64,000 bases of DNA from Rhynchobatus australiae (Eukaryota), in assembly GCA_034780895.1 (NCBI GenBank), contig JAUZTB010000011.1, positions 56,948,073 to 57,012,072 of the forward strand, given 5' to 3'. Of the stretch, positions 50,201 to 61,744 are shown piece after piece. The notes beneath the pieces are model-generated. The model was not told the DNA's origin. It saw only the letters and a program-made list of their open reading frames with translations, and ran no database searches. Position 1 is the first letter of the stretch, and every line of letters starts with the position of its first letter. The position numbers and the translations under genes are program-made.

Positions 50201-51374
50201 AACAAAGCTATAGGGGCAACAATGGTTAAGACATTGGGGTTGAAGTAAAAATTAACAACCAAACCACCGAGACTAAGGTGATTCCAGAGTGGACATGACA
50301 TAACTTGAACAGCTTCCCAATTGTACCCTAGATTAGCACGACTCCAGCAGGGACCTTTTGGGAGGAGAGGTACAGAAGACAGTGAAACTACCGAGGAAAG
50401 CATTGGACTGTTGATGGAGCTTTGCTTGACATCAGTCTGCACTGAGATTGGGTCTGTTTTGGATTTTTTAGTTAAGATCTCAGCTTGAGTGTAGTCATGT
50501 AACAGACAAAAGATGACTTTCTTTGAAAAGCAACATTTGAGAAGCATGTTCCATAGTCACCCCAAATTGACAAGAGTTAAAATCTTTGTGGTTTTGAGGT
50601 AAAGGGTCAGCCATGATCATGTTGAATGGCAGAGCAGGTGTGGAGGGTGGAATGCCCTACCCTTGCACCTATTTTTTTTTCTCTGTGTGGTTAAAAAAAT
50701 AGCCATGTACAGTTGGTGCATGTTAATCACTATATTCATCTCAGAGTTGATGGGCGGTGAAAAGGACATGTCTATTGCCTCTGGCGTTCACTGTATCACC
50801 CATGGCCACTACCAACAGGCCACTCACTGATGATACGTGGGATTCTTCTCAGGGCTGGGGATTGAAGGAGGACATGGGAGGGAATTTGACGAATGAGATT
50901 TTGGGAAAAGGTCAGGGGAATGGAGAGTAGAGGAGCTGAGGAAAGAGAGGTGAGTGGGTGAGTGGGTGCAGGAATAGAAGAAGGGGCTCAAGTGATAGGC
51001 CACAAGGGAGAGCGAGAATGCAGGATTGGAAGAAAGGGGTCTGAAAGAGTGTGGAAGAGGACAGGTTGGTGGGGAGGGGGCAGGAGATTCGGAAACCAGA
51101 TGGACTGAAAGGGAGAAGGGTCAGAGGAAAGGTCATTGGCACAAAAATGGAGAGCAACAGTGGGCAATAGCAAATGTGCCTGAGAGTCTACCCATTGCGT
51201 GTATGCATGTGTGACAATTGCGTTTGTCTGCTCAGGCACGTGTAGACACATGTATAAAAAGAAATTCAGCAAAGTGCCAAAAGCACAAAGTGAGCAGCAT
51301 TTAAAAACTTACTCTGATGAGACACTGAGAACCCTGGGGCAGATGGCTGATCTACCACAACACCATTTTCTTGC

Positions 51375-51765
51375 TGTCTTTCCTTATCTCCTGATTCCAT
51401 TAATATCCAGCAATCTATCAATCTGTTTATTGCATGCAATCAAAGACTGAGCCACCACAGCCCTCTTGGGTTGAGAATTCCAAAGAATCACCACTATTTA
51501 TATGAAGAAATTTCTCTTCATTTCTTTCCTAAATAGCCTATCACTTATTTTAAGACTATGACTCCAAATTGTGGTCTCCTTAGGCAAGGAAAACATCTTC
51601 CCTGTCATATTCTTAAGTAAGTAGTATATCTCAATGAAGTCACCCCTCAGCTTACACTAGAAGCTTAGTCTGCTTAATCTTTCCTTTTATAACAGGCACT
51701 CCATCATAAGAACCAATTTTGGGAACCTTTGCTGCATTTCCTTTATGGAGAGTACATCTTCAACA
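51375..51765 (-). mobile_element. Older CR1 3' portion
   Basis: 'gactgagccaccacagccctc..gagaattccaaagaatcaccac..gaagaaatttctc'. Confidence 0.75.
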
Positions 51766-52294
51766 GAACTGTGGACGATGAATGATAGCCTTTCCCAATG
51801 TTGCTGGCAGTGGATGCTGATTTGGTAGGTCATAGATGAGAAAATGAAATATTGGAGGGATTGTGGAGATGCTCATTTCCAAGGCTCATGTCACAAGAGT
51901 TTGGTGAGGAAATTAGAATGGTTTACATTGACCACTTGACCTTAGCAAAAGACATACAAGAGAACATTGATGAAGATCATTACTTTGAGTGTACACCAAA
52001 GGTAAAATCTACAATGGCAGAAGTGTTAATACAGAAGATGGTTGAAAAGATTCAAGAAATGAGTAAGTCCTGAGATGCTGCTACATCAGCGACATCTGCT
52101 GAGTCTCCAAGAACAACACAAGCAACACCGATATAGCTGGGAAAGATTGACGAAAGATTGAAGACCAGTGATTCAGTGAATCTGGTAATTTTTCAAATGT
52201 TATTGATTAGTTTCATTTTGTTTTTCTTCAGTAACAGTTTTCTATATGAAGACATGTGTGACATCATGTATGAAATATTTGATTGTGTGTATTT

Positions 52295-52580
52295 TATTCT
52301 TGTCATTCACAGAATGTGGATATCTCAATAGTCCTTGTACTTATTGATCAATCCTCATTAGTCCTAAACTGAGAAAGCAACTGAGAGGTAATCAAGTGGT
52401 TCTGGAGTCATATATAGACTAGGTAAAGAGGACAGGTCTCCTTTTTTGAAGGGCACTTGAGAATTAGATGACTATTTACAATAATCCAGTAGTTTCATGG
52501 TTTTCCCCATATGGAACTTGAATAAATCTAGCACACTTTTAAGAGCTCCACATTTCCTAGTTATTACCATCAGCACACAT
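52295..52580 (-). mobile_element. Old tRNA-derived SINE (same family as 39715)
   Basis: 'attcacagaatgtggatatc', 'tctggagtcatatatagactaggtaaag', 'agtttcatggt'. Confidence 0.55.
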
Positions 52581-52849
52581 GTGAGATAATATATTATTCA
52601 ATAAGAAGAGACAACAGATGATTCAACAGCTATCATTTAGAACAAACTCACGAAATTCAAAAGGTTTCAATTCCTGTGGCAAACTCAGACAACAAAAAAA
52701 CAAATGGACCAACTGCTATCATTGCTGAAACTATCTCTATATAAATGAATGGTTCAGTTTTCCTGACATTGTTAAAAACTAAATGTATGCAACAGGATGG
52801 TCAAAGAATCGGTACACAATTGTGCACTTGGGCATGAAGAGAACTCTTG

Positions 52850-53275
52850 TACAAAATACAGACCCATAGGAATATCCTTATGTTGCTGCAGTTCTACATT
52901 GTGATGCTGTACTATATTCTTTGGACTGGATAGACTGGAGGTGGAAAGTACACTTTTGGGCTACACCTCAGGTCTTCCTGCTATAGGTTTGTGGTCAGAC
53001 CATCAGTTGCAACCAGATCAGGCAGCCACTGGANNNNNNNNNNNNNNNNNNNNNNNNNNNNNNNNNNNNNNNNNNNNNNNNNNNNNNNNNNNNNNNNNNN
53101 NNNNNNNNNNNNNNNNNNNNNNNNNNNNNNNNNGCCACTGGAAGAGAACGCTAAGGTTTGTCCACATGCCATACTCCCAAACTGTGTCTGCTGCACATGC
53201 ACTTATGTCCTCACCATACAGCATCCGCATGCTGGAATTCATACCACAAATGTGTGCACAACATTGGAGACCACC
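52850..53275 (+). mobile_element. Possible very old RTE-like 3' end
   Basis: SVATR..HWKRTL followed by a Cys/His-rich stretch; weak. Confidence 0.25.
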
Positions 53276-53597
53276 TTTGATGTCAAAAAACACATCCTAT
53301 GTTGCAATATTTTCCAGTCAATGTTCTTTCTTTGATTGATTACTGTGGTTTACCTCACAAACAATTTAATTATAGATCCAGAAATACCATTCAGAGAAGT
53401 GCTGTAGCCAACATGTTACTGTTGCTTCTTGTGCTCTGCCAGCAACAAAGTCAAAGCAAATAATTACAAACCAGTTGAATTAAAATATATTTTTTACTAG
53501 TTTAAGTCCATAAAAGAAAGCGCAAACAGGAGAAATAAATCTATTTCAAACAGTCTAATGTCCAATCCCTGATTCAACATTAAAATATAATAATCTG

Positions 53598-53734
53598 TAG
53601 GAATGGTGATATTGTTATCATGTCACTAATCTAGAATGATCTAGAGTTATGAGTTCAAATCTCATATGGCAACTGGCTATTTAAATGTATTAATTGAATA
53701 AATTTGCTATTGATAAATCTGTCATGTAACCACT
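53598..53734 (+). mobile_element. tRNA-derived SINE head (family of 39715)
   Basis: 'gagttcaaatctcatatggcaactgg..atttaaat' B-box region; runs into a gap. Confidence 0.5.
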
Positions 53735-53834
53735 NNNNNNNNNNNNNNNNNNNNNNNNNNNNNNNNNNNNNNNNNNNNNNNNNNNNNNNNNNNNNNNNNN
53801 NNNNNNNNNNNNNNNNNNNNNNNNNNNNNNNNNN

Positions 53835-54745
53835 GTGGGAGTGGCCTCCTCTGCATTGGCAAGACCAAATGCAGACTAGGTGACTGATTAGCAGAGTATG
53901 CAAGCTCTGCCCACAGTGGCTGTCCCAAGCTCCTGGTTGCATGTTGTTTCAATTCTCCTTCCCATTCCCACACCGATCCAACCATCTTCTGCCTTCACCA
54001 CTGCCAGGATGAGGCCCTGTGCAAACTGGAGGAACAGCACCTTATATTTCACCTTTGGCAGTCTACACCCCAATGGTATGTTCAATGAATTTTCCAACTT
54101 CAGGTAACCCTCTCCTCTGTTCCTGCCCCCACCCCCCACCAAACCTTCCTATGCTCATCCAGTCCTCCCATTTTTCCCCCTTTCCCATGTCCAACTCCAG
54201 CCCCCATCAACCATTGTTGTCCCCTCCCTCTCATCATTCTTTCCAAGTACTACCCACACATTTCACCCACTGCTCACCAACCCCATCTGGCTTAATCTGC
54301 CTTTCACCTCTCCTCCAATGGTTGCCATGATCACCTTCCTTGTTTGTCAGATTCCAGCAGTGGTAGCCTTTGTGTTCCTGCTCATTATCAACCTCCTGTG
54401 TTTTCATCTTCACACTCCCTTCTCACCACCTGGCTTCATCTGCCTTTTTTTGTATCTGGCTCTATCTATCATCCACCTGTCTCTGTTTCCTCCTCCCCTA
54501 CCTGAGCCGATCTGCCCATCATCCTTCACCCCTCCTCACTCCACCAATCACCCACTGGCCTGTCTCACCACTTCCCCTCTCCTTTTTATACTGTACGTCT
54601 CCCCTCTCCACTCTCAGTCCTGATGCAGGGTTTCAACCCAAAACTTTGAGAGTTCCTTTACCCCCATGGATGCTGCTCGACCCACTGAGTTCCTTCAGCA
54701 GATTGTTGCTCCAAGTTCCAGCATCTGCAATATCTTGTGTCCATT
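53835..54745 (+). mobile_element. Penelope-like element: GIY-YIG C-terminus plus 3' region
   Basis: GLLCIGKTKCRLGD*LAEY..LVACCFNSPSHSHTD..CKLEEQHLIF..GSLHPNGMFNEFSNFR*; hammerhead-like motif at 54615-54645. Confidence 0.9.
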
Positions 54746-55134
54746 TATCAATAGTGCAGAGTGAAGGCTGGGTTATAATAATCTAATTCTTTGTCCCTGT
54801 TCTTGAGCCAAGCTTCAGTTCACCAAATATGATAATGTTTGGATATTAGCTTTGCTTTTGTTTTGGTTCTTCTGAATTCTTGTAAATATTCAGTATTACA
54901 ACAGATGTACTTGCACTTTGGCTAGTGTCTATGGTGGAGTGAATTGAAAACACAGATTATTGACATGGTTGAGGGTATATTTTAGCTATTGCATGCTCAT
55001 CAGATCATTGCAGTGGAAGACCCTGTCAACTATGTGCTTTCGTTATACAGAAAATGTGGTTTCAGGTTTACTCAGTAAGGTCCCATAAATGGCAATGTGA
55101 CAGTAACCAGATTACCTTGTTTTACTACTGTTAT

Positions 55135-56045
55135 TGAATATAGAACTGTATAGCACAGGAACAGATCCTTCAGTTCACCATGATACTAGTTTAACTAATC
55201 CCTCTTCCTGCACATTTCCTGAATCCCTCTATCCCCTGGTTATTTATGTGTCTGTCAAAATACCTCTTAAATGTTCCTATCATATCTGCTTCTACCACTT
55301 CCCCTGGCAGCACATTCTAGGCACCAACCACTCTGTCTGAGAAAATAAAATTTTAAACTTTCCCCCTCTTAACTTAAAGTGATTGCCTCTAGTATTTGAC
55401 ATTTCCACCCTGGGAAAAAGACTGTCTGCCCTATCTATGCGTCTTATAATTTTATAAACTTCTATCAGGTTTCCTGTCAGCCTCCGATGCTCCAGAGAAA
55501 ACAACCCAAGTTTGTAAAACCCCTTCTTGTAGCTGAGACCCTCTAATCCAGGCAACATCCTGGTGAACCTTGTCTGAATCCTCTCCAAAGCCTCCACATC
55601 TTTCCTGTAGTGTGGCAACCAATAGTCCAAATGCGGTCCAAATAAAGTTTTATACAGCTGCAACAGAACTTCTCAACTCTCTGCTGAAACTTTAATCACT
55701 TGGCTGGACTCGCTTCTCAGTGCAAGATCTAGTACAGCCCCTTCCTTAGTTGAATTTTCTACATATTGTTTCAAGAAACCATCCTGGATACAGCTAACAA
55801 ATTCTGCCCAACGTAAGCCCCTGGCACTAAAGGGGCCTCATTCAATGTTGGGGAAGTTAAATCACCCTGGAAGAGAGCCTAGTGATCAAAGTATCTGAAG
55901 CCCTTCTTCCAACACCAGTTCTTTGACTACACATTCATCTGTACTATCTTCCTAATTCTTTCCTCGCTAGCACATGACACAGGGAGTAATCCTGAGATTA
56001 CAACTCCAGAGATCCTGCTTTGTATCTTTCTGCATAAATCCCTAA
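55135..56045 (-). mobile_element. Internally deleted CR1: ORF1 esterase piece, endonuclease piece and ORF2 3' end
   Basis: DFRDLCRKIQSR..VVISGLLPV..ASE.R..NWC..GFRYFDH*ALFQG | GD.NFPNI..AEFVSCIQDGFLKQYV..LDL | S*EVLLQLYKTL..HYRKDVEALER. Confidence 0.85.
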
Positions 56046-56047
56046 AG

Positions 56048-57430
56048 TTAGTCATACAGTACGGAAACAGGCCCTTTGGCCCAACTGATCCATGCTGATC
56101 GAGGTTCCCATGTAAGCTCGTCCCATTTGCTCACATTTGGCCTATATTCCCCTAAACCTTTCCTATCCATGTACTTGTCCAAGTACCTTTTAAATGCGGT
56201 TAATGTACCTGCCCCAACCACTTCCACTGGCAACTCATTCCATAAACTGACCACTCTTCTGGTTGAAAAAGATGTCCCTCAGGTTCCTATTAAGTCTCTC
56301 CCCCTCACCTTAAACCTATGCCCTCTAGTTCTTGATTCCCTGACCCTGGGAAACAGACCATGTGCATTCATCTTGTCTATGCCCCTCATTATCCTCTGCT
56401 CCAGTGGAAAAAAAAAAGTTCCAACCTCTCTCCATAACTCAATCCCTTGAGTCTTGGCAACATCCTTGTAAATTGCTGCGTTTTTTCCAGCTCAATGGCA
56501 TCTTTCCTATAGCAGGGTGACAAAAACTGAACGCAATATTCCAAATGCAGCCTTGTACAGCCGCAACATAACATCCCAACTTTTGTACTTGGTGCCCTGA
56601 CTGATGAAAGGCAGTGTGCAAAAAGCCACCTTCACCTTGTCTACCTGTGACATCACTTTCAGGGAACCATGCACTTGTCCTCCCAGGTCTCTCTGTTCTA
56701 CAACACTCCCCAGGGCCCTACCATTCACTATGAAAGTCCTACCCTCATTTGTCTTCCCAAAATGCAACACCTCGCACTCCATTTGCCATTCCTCGATCCA
56801 CTTACCCAGCTGATCAAGATCCCTCTGGAAATCTTGATAACCATCTTCACTGTCAACAATACCACCTGTTTTAGTGTCATCTGCAAACTTCCTAATCGTG
56901 CCTTGTACATTCTCATCCAGATCACTGATATAGATGAAGAACAGCAATGAGCCTTGTACCAAGCCCTGGGGATCGCCACTAGTCACAGGCCTCCATTCTG
57001 AAAAACAGCCTTCCACCATCACCCTCTGCTTCCTACCATCAAGCCAATTCTGTATCCAATTAGTTAGTGGTCCCTGGATCCCATGTGATCTAACTTTCCA
57101 TAGCAGCTTACCATGTGGAACCTCATCAAAGACCTTGCTGAAGTCCATAGAGACCACAAATACTGCCTTGTTCTCACCTGCCCCTCCTGGCTGTTCCCAT
57201 CTATCTGGCTTAAACTTTGGTGTGACCACATCTATGAAGTTTAATCTGTGAACCTCTCCACCTCCTGTATGCTCATCAATGAGTCCAATTGCCTCTCCAA
57301 CTGATCCATACAGTCTGAGAGGAGCTGCAGCTGGACACATTTCCGAAAAATGTAGTTGTCAGGGACAATAGGCTTCTCTCTGATCTCCGACATTGCACAG
57401 GAGAAGCGTGCTATCTGCTGATGACCATTA
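56048..57430 (-). mobile_element. CR1: ORF1 N-terminus joined to RT and 3' UTR
   Basis: SCAM.E.R...VPDNY.FRKCVQLQLLSD..LERQLD.L (ORF1), then at about 57175 MDFSKVFDEVPHGKL..PQG..KFADDTK. ORF 56507-57340 is this chimera. Confidence 0.9.
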
Positions 57431-57459
57431 CTGCCCCATAAATAACTAATGGATTAAAA

Positions 57460-58087
57460 GAAAAGGAAATATGGCATATTGTCCTTCATCAGTCGGGGAA
57501 TTGAATTTAGAAGCCGTGAGGTATTCTGCAGCTGTATAGGTCCCTGGTCAGACCCCACCTGGAGTATTGTGCTCAGTTCTGGTCGTCTCACTACAGGAAA
57601 GATGTGGAGGTCATAGAGAGGGTGCAGAGGAGGTTTACAAGGATGCTGCCTGGAATGCGGAGCATGTCTTATGAAAGCAGGATGAGGGAACTTGGCCTTT
57701 TCTCCTTGGAGTGAAGGAGGATGAGGGGGGACCTGATAGAGGTGTATAAGATGATGAGAGGTATTGATCGGGTAGGTAGTCAGAGGCATTTCCCCAGGGC
57801 TGAAATGGTGGCAATATAGGTGTAGGTGCTGGGGAGAAGATATAGAGGAGATGTCTGGGGAAAGTTTTTTTACTCGTGAGTGCGTGGAATGGGCTGCCGG
57901 ATATGGTGGTGGAGGCGGATACGATAGGGTCTTTCAAGAGACTGTTAGATAGGTACATGGAGCTGAGTAAAATAGAAGGCTATGGGTAAGCATATTAATT
58001 TCTAGGGTAGGGACATGTTTGGCACAACTTTGTGGGCCAAAGGGCCTGAGTTGTGCCGTAGTTTTTTTATGTTTCTATGTTTCTATT
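57460..58087 (+). mobile_element. Young CR1 3' end
   Basis: YGILSFISRGIEFRSREV..LYRSLVRPHLEYCAQFW; ends 'tatgtttctatgtttcta'. Confidence 0.95.
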
Positions 58088-58199
58088 ATCAGAGCAGAAA
58101 CATTGATGTGGAGTTGATATTGAATACATGAAGAAAAAGTAAAACTTACATTCGTCCTACCCAAAACTCTTCAGATGCACTGAAAGAAGTTTAAAAAAC

Positions 58200-58565
58200 G
58201 ACCAAGCTTCTACCTTGTTAGATTCTTTTCATATGTTTAGGATATCCAAAAGTGCCTCACAGGCAATGTATTATGTTTTGGTCTGCTGCTGTTATTCAGC
58301 AGTGCACAGGTGGTTCCCAAGACCCAATATAAACATTACTGATCAGCAGATTTGCTTCTCAGTATTGTTGACAGGCATAACCATAGAGGATGAAGGATTC
58401 TTCTTCAACTAGAGCACTGAGATTGCAGATGATTCTTTCAATTCCTCTCACCTGAGGGACAACACCTCCGATGATGTATCATTCATTTAGTCAAGAGTGT
58501 TATCTCAGATCACGTGCTCATATTCCAGTAGTGATGACCACCCACACTTTTCTCATTTTGAGGTA
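58200..58565 (-). mobile_element. Deu-domain SINE, decayed
   Basis: 'aggatatccaaaagtgcctcacaggcaatg', 'gacaacacctccga', 'agagtgttatctcagatcacgtgctca'. Confidence 0.55.
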
Positions 58566-58679
58566 AGTTTGCAACAACATAAAACATGTAACTGTTAATG
58601 TAAAGTTGTGAACATTTGAAAAGTCAGTGGCTAACTCAACAAAGAGAGCAATGGGTACAAATAAATGAAAATAAAAAAG

Positions 58680-58903
58680 AATACTGCAGATTCTGAGAAA
58701 CTGAAATAAAAGCAAAAAACACTGGAAAAACTCAGCAAGTCAGGCAGCATCTGCGGAAAGAGAAGCAGTTAATGTTTCAAATCCAGGGCCATTGTCAGGA
58801 CCACTTGCGACAAAGGAGCTCCAATCTGAAAGGTGAACCATTTTCCTTTCCATAGATGCTGCCCTACCTTCTAAGCTTTTTTTCAGCATTTTCTGTTTTT
58901 ATT
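58680..58903. mobile_element. Palindromic Penelope-derived mini-element
   Basis: Arms 'aataaaagcaaaaaacactggaaaaactcagcaagtcaggcagcatctg' and 'agatgctgccctacc..cagcattttctgtttttatt'. Confidence 0.75.
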
Positions 58904-59489
58904 AATGGATGTAAGTAATTTTGCTGGACATTTAGCCTCCACAGTGTGAGTTCTCCCATGGAGCACTTTGCCGAGGGGCAGGGTAGCAACCCATGAATTT
59001 TGCCACTAGGTTGCACATGTGTAGACGGCAGAAGTCACTGTAAGATTTCCTCATTTATAATGGTGAATGCAGAGAGCTCAGAGTTCTTCTCTTTATAAGT
59101 TCCGCCCTAGTGTTTATACCCAACAGCTAGATTTAAAATATTTCAGTCCTAACATGGCATATTAATGTAAAAATAGAAATCATGTATTTTTGCAAATGTT
59201 TTTCTATACATAGATCTTAATGGTGGAAAAATGAATTATGTTAGCCTCATTAGGATAATGTGAATGTGACACAATATGAATGAAACTTATTACTATTCAA
59301 AATTCTCTGTTTGTCATCTGTACTTTGCAACATTTATTAAAATAAATAAAGAAACGATTTAATGTAATTGAATTTGTGTTAGGTTGGAGGACTAACTTTA
59401 TTACAAAATAATATTTGTGTTTCAAATTGCTCCTTTAGTCAAGGTTTTCTTTTGTACTTTCTCTGGGAACTAATGACATCCACTCCCTG

Positions 59490-59790
59490 CTCCAATTATT
59501 TCTGAAGGGTATGCTGTGCTGTTAGGAATCTGTATTGCGTAGTAATTGATTTATGAGATCCCATAACCAGTAAACAAGAATAACTAGTTAGTCTGATTTT
59601 GATTCAGGAAGAAACTTTGCCAGAAAATTATAAAATCTCATTATTCCTCAAATAACATTTCAGGATATATCTACTTGAGCTGATGTGCAGATTAATGTTT
59701 GGACTACAAACATTGCAGCACTCTCTCCAGCACTGATTTGAGGTGTCAGCCTAGATTATATGCACAGGCCTTGTGAGTAGATTTAACTCT
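59490..59790 (-). mobile_element. Deu-domain SINE, decayed
   Basis: 'tgcagcactctctccagcactga..gtgtcagcctagattatatgcaca'. Confidence 0.6.
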
Positions 59791-59879
59791 TTCTATGTGC
59801 TGGTCTGTTAAATTGCTTTGAGTCTAGTAAGTAAAGAAATATTGAAAAAGAAAGTTCATATGCTTGCTTATTTTTCAGC

Positions 59880-60258
59880 CTTTTAACTAAGGAAATACTT
59901 GCATCTTTTAAAACTGGGTGCACCCAAAGAAGACATTTTGTAATATCCACTATTATAATGGGAGCAGAATTATACACAGCAACTAATTACACAATCAGAT
60001 AATCTATTTCAGGTATTGGTTCAGAAAAACAAAATGCTGGCCTTAAATTGAAGATCAATTCATGACTGAAAATCAAAACTTCCACAATCAGTTATAAGGG
60101 ATCTTTAAGATCAAGCTTAGAAGGCAAATAGAGTTCATTGTCTCTTCTGAACAACAGCACCTGCCTCAGTACTGCAGTCATGTTTCACCTTTACATCTTT
60201 AAAGTAGGACTTGAACCTATCACCTGACGCAGGGTGGAGTTCTATCGCTGAGCCAGAA
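59880..60258 (-). mobile_element. Deu-domain SINE, decayed
   Basis: 'cagataatctattt', 'gggatctttaa', 'cctcagtactgca', 'ggacttgaacc', 'ctgagcca' (B- and A-box complements). Confidence 0.6.
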
Positions 60259-60379
60259 CTGATATCATTGAAACTGGTTTTGGATTGATGTACACAACAT
60301 GTTGTATTTGAATAGTGCCTTTAGAGCAGGGGGAAATTGGACACAGGATTAATTGAGGGAGGCATCATTGTACATAATT

Positions 60380-60735
60380 ATTATAACACAGAAGGACCAA
60401 TTCAGTCCATCAGATCTGTATTGGCTCACAGTGGAGCAATCCCATTAGATGCATTGGCTCCCTTCTTAGCTGTCTGTATCCCTGTGACTTATTCTTTCTC
60501 ACATGCCCATCCATGTCCCTATCCCTCTTTTGTTAATTACTGACACTAAGAGTAATTTACTGGAGAGAATTAACCTACCAGTGCATCGTTGGGATGTGGT
60601 TGGAAAAAACCTGAGCACTGGTGGAAACCCATGTATTCATAGAGAGACCATGGAAACTCTGCAGGGAGAGCAGTGGAGATTAGAATAAAACCTAAGTATT
60701 GGGAGCTGTAAGGCAGCAGCACTTACTCTTGCATT
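60380..60735 (-). mobile_element. HE1-type SINE (older)
   Basis: 'aattaacctaccag', 'gagcactggtggaaaccca', 'gagctgtaaggcagcagcac'. Confidence 0.7.
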
Positions 60736-60819
60736 CCCCTGCCACCCCCTCACTGTGCTGTCCATCATTCCTATTAAAGAAAAATAGATAAACATATGAA
60801 GTGAAATAAGATATGAAGG

Positions 60820-60910
60820 ATCAGAAGAATAAACAGTGTCTTCAACCTGCAACATGAACTCTGTTTCTCTCTCCACAGATGCTGCCTTACCTGTTGTGTT
60901 CTTCCACCAA
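60820..60910 (+). mobile_element. Penelope-derived tail fragment
   Basis: 'aactctgtttctctctccacagatgctgcc'. Confidence 0.7.
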
Positions 60911-61744
60911 TACCTTGAATGAATGGTCTCTTTCTCTGCTGTAAACATCTCTGCTTTTATGCTCAAAAAGTTGACAAAAAGCTTTTGATCTTATACAGAG
61001 AAAACTATAAAGGACAACATTATGCAAGCCAGTCCAATCAAATCTAGATGCAAAATGTCAAGCTGATAAATTTGAAATAATAAATAGAAAGTTAATTCTA
61101 TTTCTGTCACTATTTGGTTTAGATTTCCTTAATCATGCACAATGAACTCCATCAAAGAGTTTTTTACTGCACACTGCACAAAGATCCTTATGCACAGCTC
61201 ATTCTAAAGTTCACAGTAAGTTGTCAATACCTGAGAATATTTATAGTGAGATCCTGAAATAAACATTTAACAGTGAATCAGTGAATAAACATTTGACAGA
61301 GCTGAGTGCGTGAGAGATACATACTGTGTTAGCACTACATTCCATCATTCCAACTAGGATAAGGATCAGAAATTAACTTATCAGAATTTGTTTTATAATG
61401 AGTTTGGCTGACATTTTAAAAAATTAACTTAGTCTTTAACATTCCACTGCCATATGCAAATATTCTAATAACATTTCTCCATTCATTATTTCAACAGAAA
61501 TATTGATTTGTTTAAAATAAATAGATTAACACATTTATTGGAAGTGCAAACAAAATAAATACATGCAAATGCTTTAAGGATTCATATGCTATTATCCCTT
61601 AATGCAATTTCAAGGTTGATGTTTATGAATAAAAGCTGAATTCCTGTAAAGTGCTGAAGACCATTAGCTCGAGGGTTAAAGACTCTGTAAGGTGAAGTTT
61701 ATCAGAAGTGAAAATAATCACAATTAACTAGTGAACTTCAGTCA

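Larger units (their letters stand above)
49200..52190 (+). mobile_element. Ty3/Gypsy relic D: gag, protease and integrase scraps (several nested inserts)
   Basis: GQESFTSY; YFKPAPSEIVK; RTLAEEHCSF; LWDRVIYSL..VQSKLL; AISMEVASKNIKEL; RCY*YSGDHP and KCFICKRCG (Cys at 49872); IGVEVKINN; HPWPLP near 50800; RMVYIDHL and HRYSWER..RPV at 51.9-52.2 kb. Confidence 0.7.

Noticed and set aside
50860-51170. Pro/Leu/Ser-rich or Gly/Glu-rich ORFs here and at 4564-4966, 33930-34405, 54019-54786
   Set aside because: Purine/pyrimidine-skewed low-complexity tracts, mostly Penelope 3' regions, that lack stops by composition.
56507-57340. 277-aa ORF as a functional gene
   Set aside because: Chance fusion of out-of-frame CR1 ORF1 sequence to a truncated RT.
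11750-58087. Long-range inverted repeats (11750/45722 and 16697/57460)
   Set aside because: Independent insertions of young CR1 subfamilies 34-40 kb apart with unrelated flanks.
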